Assembly (NCBI GenBank): GCA_024231215.1
Contig: JAAEQR010000072.1
Coordinates: forward strand, 385,210-449,209
Length of the DNA: 64,000 bases
From: PVC group bacterium
GTDB taxonomy: Bacteria; Omnitrophota; Gorgyraeia; B26-G9
Direction of reading: 5' to 3'
The notes under the pieces were generated by a model. That model made no database searches. It worked only from the letters and a program-made list of their open reading frames with translations, and was not told the DNA's origin. The translations under genes were made by a program, and so were the position numbers. This document shows, one piece after another, positions 57,322 through 64,000 of the stretch; the stretch's first letter is position 1, and each line of letters starts with the position of its first letter.

Positions 57322-58884
57322 ATGGCCAATATTTTATTTGTTGATAAGGGGATACCGAGCATAGGCATTGCTTATATGGCTTCATTTTTAAAAAAATATG
57401 GACATAGAGTGCATTATCTGCGGGCATCTTTAAAATCCATGTTTTCTCCTAACGTTGAGATTGATGTTGATAGTTATATAAAAAATAAATTAGGTAATAA
57501 AGTAGATATTTTCTGTTTTTCGGTCATGGCGATCGATTGGGGGTGGGTAAAGGGAAAAATATCAATTTTAAAAAAGAAATATCCAAAAACTCCTATTTTA
57601 GTTGGAGGTTCATTTGCCACATTATCTCCAGAGGTTATTTTGCGTGATTCTGAGGCTGATTATGTTTGTAACGGAGATGGTGAAAAACCGCTTTTAGCTA
57701 TTGCCCAGAGCCTGGATTCTAAGACACTAGTTAAAGATGTAGAAGCAATAGATAACATTGGATATAAAAAAAACGGGGAATCTGTGATAAAAGACATGTC
57801 CTATCAGGTTGATAATCTGGATGATTATCCTTTTCCTGATTTTAGTATTTATCATGGGCAGTTTTCCAGAGATTTTTTTGTCAATCCCCGGTTAATAACA
57901 AGCCGGGGATGTTCGTTTTCATGTACTTACTGTTCCTGCCCGAATTTAAACAAATTGTACTCGAAAACCGGAAAATTTGTGCGACGACACTCTGTTCCTT
58001 ATATGATCGAATTTTTATCTAAGATGAAGGATGCTTATAAAAGCAAAAATTTCACATTTAACGATGATATTTTTTTTCTTGATAAAAAATGGTTAAAAGA
58101 TTTTGCGCGTGAATATAAAAAGAAAATAAATGTGCCTAATATATGTATAGGTAATCCTAATTTTATTGATGATGAAGTCGCTGAATCATTAAAAGAGATA
58201 CGGTGTAGATTGGTTATTCTGGGGTTACAAAGTGGGTCAGAAGAGGTTAGGAAAAAATTGCGAAGATCTGAAAGTAATTCTAAAGTAGTAGAGATAACAC
58301 GTTGTTTAAAGAAAGCTTCAGTAAGTTTTTCTATAAACCATATTTTTGATTTACCTTTTGATACTGTAAATAATATCCAAGAAAGTGCGGGCTTATATAA
58401 TAAAGTCAGGCCGAATATGCTAGACACATTTTCTTTGGCATATTTTCCTAAGGCGGAAATCATAAAAGACGCTGTAGCTGCGGGGAGATTATCCGAAGAA
58501 GATGTTATCCAGATAGAATCCGGAAAATGCAGCGGACAAATTAATCCGTATAAACACCAGGCAAAGACTAATTATCAATGTTATAATCTTTTTTTTAACA
58601 TGATTCCGGTATTGCCCAAAAAAGTAATAAATTTTTTAATATCACCTAAGAGATTTCAGCGTGTTTGCAGACTATTTTCTTATTTACCGGGAGAGGTGTC
58701 TGCGTTAATAAAATTGTGCCTTGCTTTCAAAAATCACACACAGTTTATACAAACTAGTGCTTTTCATGAAATCATATTCTATATTAACTATAAGTGGCAA
58801 TTTAAATTACGCAATGTATTTACTTCTCTAAGTCAAAAATATAACAAGAATACAAGTTCAGTTGTGGGCAATGTAACCAGTTAG
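57322..58884 (+). CDS. B12-binding-domain radical SAM enzyme 1 of a tandem triplet
   Basis: N-terminal B12-binding-like Rossmann (ILVGGSFATL). CX3CX2C motif (GCSFSCTYC). Long C-terminal domain. Confidence 0.75.
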   Translation: MANILFVDKGIPSIGIAYMASFLKKYGHRVHYLRASLKSMFSPNVEIDVDSYIKNKLGNKVDIFCFSVMAIDWGWVKGKISILKKKYPKTPILVGGSFATLSPEVILRDSEADYVCNGDGEKPLLAIAQSLDSKTLVKDVEAIDNIGYKKNGESVIKDMSYQVDNLDDYPFPDFSIYHGQFSRDFFVNPRLITSRGCSFSCTYCSCPNLNKLYSKTGKFVRRHSVPYMIEFLSKMKDAYKSKNFTFNDDIFFLDKKWLKDFAREYKKKINVPNICIGNPNFIDDEVAESLKEIRCRLVILGLQSGSEEVRKKLRRSESNSKVVEITRCLKKASVSFSINHIFDLPFDTVNNIQESAGLYNKVRPNMLDTFSLAYFPKAEIIKDAVAAGRLSEEDVIQIESGKCSGQINPYKHQAKTNYQCYNLFFNMIPVLPKKVINFLISPKRFQRVCRLFSYLPGEVSALIKLCLAFKNHTQFIQTSAFHEIIFYINYKWQFKLRNVFTSLSQKYNKNTSSVVGNVTS

Positions 58885-58897
58885 GATATAATGGATT

Positions 58898-60346
58898 ATG
58901 AATGCTTCGATAAATGATACTAGTGGAATCCGTTGTTTTTTACTTGTGCCTCCGGAAGAAAAAACAAAAAAAGATAATGAAGTAGGACAAGAAGGGATTT
59001 TTCCTCCGTTAGGATTAGCATATTTAGCTGCTGTTTTAAGAAACAATAATATTCAGGTGAAGATTTTTGATGCACTTGCTAGCCGTTTAAGTATGGAAGA
59101 TGTTTGTGAGATTATTCAACGTGAAAAACCTGATTTTTGCGGTATTACTGTTTTGTCGCAACAAATAAAAGCAGTTCAAAAACTAGTAGCAAAACTTAAA
59201 ATAATATCTCCCTCAACCAAAATTGTGCTGGGGGGACCTCATATTCACTTTGAACATGAAAATGTTATAATTGATTCTAATGTTGATTTTTGTGTAAGAG
59301 GAGAAGGTGAGGAGACTGTTCTTGAATTAATCCAAGCGGTTAATAAAAAAACGGATTTACGGGTAGTCAAAGGCATAGTTTTTAAAGACGAGAACAATAA
59401 AGTAGTAATTAATGAGCAACGGCAATATATAAAAAATTTGGATGAGATTCCTTTTCCGGCGCGGGATTTGCTGCCGATGCAGACTTATAAAGCTCCCATA
59501 TCTTTGGGAAGCCCGGGAAGGCCGTTTACTTCGGTTTTGGCAACGAGAGGATGTCCATTTAAATGCCATTATTGTTCTCTTACCGCGATGTGGGGGAATC
59601 AACGTAGAAGATCAGTCGAAAACGTTCTTGATGAACTAGAGGAATTACAGGAAAAATATGGCATAAAATATGTTAGTTTTGTTGATGATCTTCTTGTCGT
59701 AAATAAAAAATGGGCTATTGCGCTTTGTCAAGGTATGAGAGAAAGAGGGATTAATATTGAATGGGATTGTTGCGGCCGGATTGGAGTGATGGACGAGGAG
59801 CTTTTATTAGAAATGAAAAAGGCAAATTGTCGATGTGTGATTTATGGTATTGAATTTGGAAGTCAGAAAATACTCGATTGGATTCAACGGTGTTACACAA
59901 TACAGCAGGTTATAGATACTGTTGAAATGACAGCGAAAGCAAAAATACCAATAAAAGGGTTATTTATGATGGGCTATCCGACAGAAACAAAGGAAACTTT
60001 GCAGGAAACTATATCGTTAGCTAAAAAACTCAAATTAGATTATGTAACACTTTCTATTGTGGCTCCGTATTCCGGAACTAAGTTATATGAATATTGTAAG
60101 GAAAACAACGTACTTTGTGATATGGACCAAAAGGGTAAAGATGTATTACAACTTCGCTATAAAGCAATTGCTTTAGAACATTTAACCGTAGATGATCTCA
60201 TTAATTATTATAAAAAGTTTTATTTTGCGTACATTATGCGTCCATCTTATATTTGGTTAATGCTTACTCGTCATCCACAAAAAGTATTAGCGTTTGGTCC
60301 GAGATTTTTAAAATGGTTATTTTTAGGCAAATGGGAGAATAGTTAA
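58898..60346 (+). CDS. B12-binding-domain radical SAM enzyme 2 of a tandem triplet
   Basis: B12-binding-like domain (IVLGGPH). CX3CX2C motif (GCPFKCHYC). Paralogous to the flanking rSAM genes. Confidence 0.75.
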   Translation: MNASINDTSGIRCFLLVPPEEKTKKDNEVGQEGIFPPLGLAYLAAVLRNNNIQVKIFDALASRLSMEDVCEIIQREKPDFCGITVLSQQIKAVQKLVAKLKIISPSTKIVLGGPHIHFEHENVIIDSNVDFCVRGEGEETVLELIQAVNKKTDLRVVKGIVFKDENNKVVINEQRQYIKNLDEIPFPARDLLPMQTYKAPISLGSPGRPFTSVLATRGCPFKCHYCSLTAMWGNQRRRSVENVLDELEELQEKYGIKYVSFVDDLLVVNKKWAIALCQGMRERGINIEWDCCGRIGVMDEELLLEMKKANCRCVIYGIEFGSQKILDWIQRCYTIQQVIDTVEMTAKAKIPIKGLFMMGYPTETKETLQETISLAKKLKLDYVTLSIVAPYSGTKLYEYCKENNVLCDMDQKGKDVLQLRYKAIALEHLTVDDLINYYKKFYFAYIMRPSYIWLMLTRHPQKVLAFGPRFLKWLFLGKWENS

Positions 60347-60352
60347 TAGTAC

Positions 60353-61813
60353 ATGAAAGATAAAATGAAAATTATCCTTTTTCGCCCCAATTATGACGTG
60401 CATGTTGTTTTTCCTCCCATGGCTTTGGGCTATTTGGCTGCGTCGTTGATCAAGGAAGGACATCAAGTTGATATTTATGATGGTACACTTAAGAATTCTT
60501 CAACGCAGGATTTTTTAAAAGAAATAGAAGAAACAGCTCCTGATTTGATCGGGATAACGGTTATGAGCCGAGGCCATGCAAAGGTTAGAGATGTTGTTAA
60601 GCTGATAAAAAATACGTGTGATATTCCTATAGTAATTGGCGGTCCTCAGGTAACAGCATTACCCGAGATTGTGTTGAAGGATATTGGTGCAGATTTTGCT
60701 GTTTTTGGTGAAGGAGAGATAACTATTTGTGAGCTTGCACAAGCAATGGTTTCAGGCAAGCAGAGCTATGATTCTATAAATGGATTAGCTTATGTGGCAA
60801 AAGACGGGACCATTATTGTGAATAACCCGCGGGAACTTATAAAAGACTTAGATCAAATTTCATTTCCGGCATGGCAGCTTATGAATCCTGCGGATTATCG
60901 GATTGTACCGATTTTAGCCCCAGCCAAAGGATATCCTATCGCGCCGATTGTAACTTCCCGGGGTTGTCCTTTTCTGTGTACCTTTTGTGCTTCAAATGTA
61001 ACATGGAAAAATAAATTTCGAGTTAGAAGTCCGGAAAATGTAGTAGATGAAATTAAACTTCTTGTTGAAAAATTTGGCGTGCGTGAAATATATATAACAG
61101 ATGATAATCTTACTTTAAATAGAAAACATGCCGAAGCTATTTGTGATGAAATAATGAAGGCTGGACTTAAGATTTCCTGGCAATGCCCGAATGGAGTGAG
61201 GATTGATCATCTTGATCAGAAACTTTTGGCAAAGATGAAAAAAGCAGGGTGTTATAGTGTAGGCTTAGGTATCGAGTCTGCTAATAAGGAAATTCTTTGT
61301 AATATTAAGAAACAGCTTGATCTTTCTGTTGTTAAGAAAGTTCTGATTGATTTAAAAAAAGCTGGAATTATGTCGTATGGTTTTTTTGTTTTTGGCTTGC
61401 CGGGGGAAACGCACGAGACCATTCGTGAAACTATTGATTTTGCTAAAAATAATCCTTTTGACCGTGCATGGTTTAATATTTTAACTCCCTATCCCGGGTC
61501 TGAAATATTTAATGATTGGATTGGCGAACGTTCCTTTGCTGATATTGATTGGGAGACTCATGACGGCAGTACGGCGGTTATTGATACGGTAGAGTTGTCT
61601 AGTGCGGAATTAGAGGAGTATCAAACAAAAGCTGTGAGGGAATTTTATTTGCGGCCGCGGATTGTACTTTCTCTTATGCGGCATATTAGAATTAAGCAAA
61701 TAATAACTATATCTATGACCAGGTTTTTTAAGAAAAGGTATAATATTTTCAAAATAATCCACCAAGCAGCACATTTTTTTGTAAGAAAACGAGTTAAGCA
61801 AAAGACAAACTAA
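60353..61813 (+). CDS. B12-binding-domain radical SAM enzyme 3 of a tandem triplet
   Basis: B12-binding-like domain (IVIGGPQ). CX3CX2C motif (GCPFLCTFC). The C-terminal domain is shared with the neighbouring rSAM genes. Confidence 0.75.
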   Translation: MKDKMKIILFRPNYDVHVVFPPMALGYLAASLIKEGHQVDIYDGTLKNSSTQDFLKEIEETAPDLIGITVMSRGHAKVRDVVKLIKNTCDIPIVIGGPQVTALPEIVLKDIGADFAVFGEGEITICELAQAMVSGKQSYDSINGLAYVAKDGTIIVNNPRELIKDLDQISFPAWQLMNPADYRIVPILAPAKGYPIAPIVTSRGCPFLCTFCASNVTWKNKFRVRSPENVVDEIKLLVEKFGVREIYITDDNLTLNRKHAEAICDEIMKAGLKISWQCPNGVRIDHLDQKLLAKMKKAGCYSVGLGIESANKEILCNIKKQLDLSVVKKVLIDLKKAGIMSYGFFVFGLPGETHETIRETIDFAKNNPFDRAWFNILTPYPGSEIFNDWIGERSFADIDWETHDGSTAVIDTVELSSAELEEYQTKAVREFYLRPRIVLSLMRHIRIKQIITISMTRFFKKRYNIFKIIHQAAHFFVRKRVKQKTN

Positions 61814-61824
61814 AAAAGGCTTTT

Positions 61825-62643
61825 ATGAGTAATCCCCTAATTTCTGTGCTTATGCCTGCGTATAATGCGAAGCAGTATATTAAAGAGGCGATTGAAAGTA
61901 TTATAAATCAGACGTTTAAGGATTTTGAATTTATCATTATCGATGATAATAGCAAAGATAATACCTGGGACATAATACAGGAGTATGCTCATAAAGATTC
62001 AAGAATAGTCGCTTTAAAGAATGATGAAAACTTGAAATTAAGCAAAACTTTAAATAAGGGGCTAGCTCAAGCTAAAGGCAAGTATATAGCAAGAATGGAT
62101 GCGGATGATATATCCGTGCCGGATCGATTTCAAAAACAAATTAATTACATGGAAAGATATCCGGAGGTAGGTATTCTCGGTGGAGCCATGGAATTAAGGG
62201 ATATAAATGATAAATTTATTGGGATTAGAAAATATAGCGTAATGGATGAAAAGATAAAGAAATATATTTACAGATATTGTCCTTTTTGCCATCCGGCTAT
62301 AATGCTTAAGAAAGATGTTTTAAATCAGGTTGGTGGTTATAATGAACAATGGAACCCGGCGGAAGATTACGATTTATATTTTCGGATCGGAAAAATCACA
62401 AAGTTTGCTAATTTAAAGGATATATTAATAAAGTACAGAGTTGTGCCGCAATCAATGACTACCGGATTAACGAATGAGATGTATTTAAAAACAATAAAAA
62501 TTAGGCTCAAATATGCGAAAGATAAAGATTATAAAATGAGTTTATTTGATAGAATGTACACAATGTTACAATTTGCCGCTATTTATATTCTGCCGACAAA
62601 AGTTAAGATCTGGATATTCCATATACTACGGGATTCAAAGTAA
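61825..62643 (+). CDS. GT2-family glycosyltransferase
   Basis: ISVLMPAYNAKQYI...FIIIDDNSKDNT and a DXD (MDADD) motif. Confidence 0.8.
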   Translation: MSNPLISVLMPAYNAKQYIKEAIESIINQTFKDFEFIIIDDNSKDNTWDIIQEYAHKDSRIVALKNDENLKLSKTLNKGLAQAKGKYIARMDADDISVPDRFQKQINYMERYPEVGILGGAMELRDINDKFIGIRKYSVMDEKIKKYIYRYCPFCHPAIMLKKDVLNQVGGYNEQWNPAEDYDLYFRIGKITKFANLKDILIKYRVVPQSMTTGLTNEMYLKTIKIRLKYAKDKDYKMSLFDRMYTMLQFAAIYILPTKVKIWIFHILRDSK

Positions 62644-62647
62644 TGCG

Positions 62648-63796
62648 ATGAAAAAAAATATTAATATTGTTATTGTTTCTCATAAATTTCTTACCCAGCC
62701 GGACGATGATCTTGTTTTGTTTTTGAATGATGAAAAGTGTAAAAACGTATTACATATTCGGCACAGTTTTACTGATGCTGCGGATAGGAGAAGCTGGTTT
62801 ACTTGGTATAAAGATGGGGAAACTTATAAAGAATATGCAACCAAGGATTATAAATGGCTTCCTGAACCATTGATATATTTGAAGGAAACGTATTTTACTT
62901 TTAAATGGTTGTGGTTTAGCGGTATAGTTTGGGATGTTTATATTGGGATGGATGGGCTTTGTGTTGGGTGGGGTAATATATCAAGATTTTCTAAAAAAGT
63001 AAAAAAGACAATATTTTGGGCTATAGATTTCGTGCCGAAAAATCGGTTTAAACAGAAAATTAAAAATAAAATATACCATTGGATAAACGTTAAGGGATAT
63101 AAAAAATCTGATGAAATGTGGGATCTTTGTTCTCGGATGAAAGAAGCTCGCAGTAAATTTTTAGGAGTTAAAGAGACTGATTATCGAGTGCATAGGGTCG
63201 TTCCTTATGGGGTGTGGGGTGACAATATTAGAAAATATTCATACCGGGATTGTGATCAGAAAACCCTGGTTTTTATGGGGCATTTGCTTAAAAAACAGGG
63301 TGTGCAGCTGGTTATAGACGCGATACCTGAATTGATTGAAAAGATTCCTGGGTTTCATTTTAAGATAATCGGCGGCGGTGCCTATAGAGATGAATTACTA
63401 GCACATGCTCAAAAACTTAAAGTTGCCCAATATTGTGAGTTTAAAGGTAAAATTAAAGACCATTCTCAAGTAGAAGAAGAAATCGCAAAATCTTCTCTGG
63501 CAGTTGCTCCATATATAAAAAAATATGATACTTGGACCTATTATACTGATCCTGGAAAAGTAAAGGTTTACCTGGCTTGCGGGGTGCCTGTATTGCTTAC
63601 AGATATTCCCTGGAATGCAAGGGAGATTGAAGATAATAAAGCCGGGGCAGTGATTAAGGAAGATAAGGTTGTTTTATCTGAGCAGATTGTAAAACTTATG
63701 ACGGATGAGAATTTAAATCAGAAATATAGAGAGAATGCTATTAAATATGCTGAGCAGTTTAATTATAAGAATATTTTTAAGGGGTTAAATTTGTGA
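62648..63796 (+). CDS. GT-B fold glycosyltransferase (GT4-like), paralog of 55079-56269
   Basis: I chose the ATG at 62648 (MKKNINIVIV), just after the GT2 stop. The ORF-track start at 62546 lies inside the upstream GT2. The C-terminal half is conserved with the 55079 protein. Confidence 0.6.
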   Translation: MKKNINIVIVSHKFLTQPDDDLVLFLNDEKCKNVLHIRHSFTDAADRRSWFTWYKDGETYKEYATKDYKWLPEPLIYLKETYFTFKWLWFSGIVWDVYIGMDGLCVGWGNISRFSKKVKKTIFWAIDFVPKNRFKQKIKNKIYHWINVKGYKKSDEMWDLCSRMKEARSKFLGVKETDYRVHRVVPYGVWGDNIRKYSYRDCDQKTLVFMGHLLKKQGVQLVIDAIPELIEKIPGFHFKIIGGGAYRDELLAHAQKLKVAQYCEFKGKIKDHSQVEEEIAKSSLAVAPYIKKYDTWTYYTDPGKVKVYLACGVPVLLTDIPWNAREIEDNKAGAVIKEDKVVLSEQIVKLMTDENLNQKYRENAIKYAEQFNYKNIFKGLNL

Positions 63797-64000
63797 GAAT
63801 TCTATATCAAATACCAAGTTTAGAAAGTGTATATGCGGCGCGGTTTATTTACGAAGGATATAAAGACGCGTTTTTAGATGGCGGGCATGAATTTAAGCCG
63901 TATACAGCACAAGCTAATTTAGGAGAAATGCTGGATGAGTTTAATCCGCATATATTTATTTCTTCTCTTTGTCAATATTCGCTTAAATTTCTTGATCTTG
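63793..64000 (+). CDS. Partial ORF (N-terminus only), possibly another B12-binding-domain protein; runs off the window end
   Basis: GTG overlapping the upstream stop (GTGA). The N-terminus RILYQIPSLESVYAARFIYEGYKDAFLDGGHEF resembles the B12-domain N-termini of the rSAM paralogs (ILF..P.......A..L...GH.V). Confidence 0.25.
   Translation, partial: MRILYQIPSLESVYAARFIYEGYKDAFLDGGHEFKPYTAQANLGEMLDEFNPHIFISSLCQYSLKFLDL

Noticed and set aside
58035-58463. 142-aa minus-strand ORF inside the first tandem rSAM gene
   Set aside because: It is antisense to a gene with clear rSAM motifs. It shows no conserved features.
62546-62647. Upstream extension of the last GT4-like ORF (start at 62546)
   Set aside because: The extension lies within the preceding GT2 gene. 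The ATG at 62648 follows that gene's stop and begins with a typical MKK N-terminus.
1-64000. CRISPR arrays, tRNA/rRNA genes, transposases, integrases and phage genes
   Set aside because: I found no regularly spaced direct repeats and no tRNA-like cloverleaf candidates in any spacer longer than 100 nt (15586-15711, 23255-23382, 31054-31193, 34872-35031, 37361-37606). No ORF has transposase, integrase or phage hallmark motifs. The only repeats found are the 17-nt pair and the hisF-associated inverted repeat.

Overview
This is a 64-kb window from a low-GC (roughly 35-40% GC) bacterial chromosome. I cannot assign the lineage from sequence alone. Nearly all genes are on the + strand and tightly packed, with many 1-8 nt start/stop overlaps. 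I see five blocks. (1) 1-15585 is a canonical dcw cell-wall/division cluster: rsmH(partial)-ftsL-ftsI-murE-murF-mraY-murD-ftsW-murG-murC-murB-ddl-ftsQ-ftsA. It ends at ftsA with no ftsZ. (2) 15712-23254 is a two-component and c-di-GMP signalling island. It encodes REC-HD-GYP, a PilT-like ATPase, a B12-type radical SAM protein, a periplasmic CXXCH (heme-c motif) sensor kinase, a soluble Cys-rich paralogous kinase, a CheY-like response regulator, and REC-GAF-GGDEF. The island is bracketed by a 17-nt direct repeat. (3) 23383-32390 is housekeeping: yggS-proC-ileS-dksA/traR-lspA-lgt-rluD-rluA-DEAD helicase. (4) 32393-37360 holds a membrane-anchored beta-propeller glycoside hydrolase, a reverse-strand GT2, a PilZ c-di-GMP receptor, nadE, and an orphan hisH-hisF pair. 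(5) From 37607 to the window end (>26 kb) is a large surface-glycan (O-antigen/capsule/S-layer-glycan-like) locus. It starts at a near-consensus sigma70 promoter and a Wzx flippase. It contains at least 9 glycosyltransferases (GT2 and GT4-like), a UDP-xylose branch (ugd, uxs), a CDP-3,6-dideoxyhexose branch (rfbF/ddhA, rfbG/ddhB, an E1-type rfbH/ddhC with His-for-Lys and a C-X57-C-X-C-X7-C Fe-S motif, prt-like reductase, tyv-like 2-epimerase), and a GDP branch (gmd, a ColD-like His-variant dehydratase carrying an extra Cys-rich insertion, fcl/colC-like). It also contains four cobalamin-binding-domain radical SAM enzymes (three in tandem) and likely a fifth starting at the window edge. The most novel-looking feature is this glycan locus: class-B radical SAM enzymes are combined with two parallel dideoxyhexose pathways, and one dehydratase is an atypical Fe-S-candidate GDP-sugar enzyme. 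I found no rRNA, tRNA, CRISPR, transposase or phage genes.
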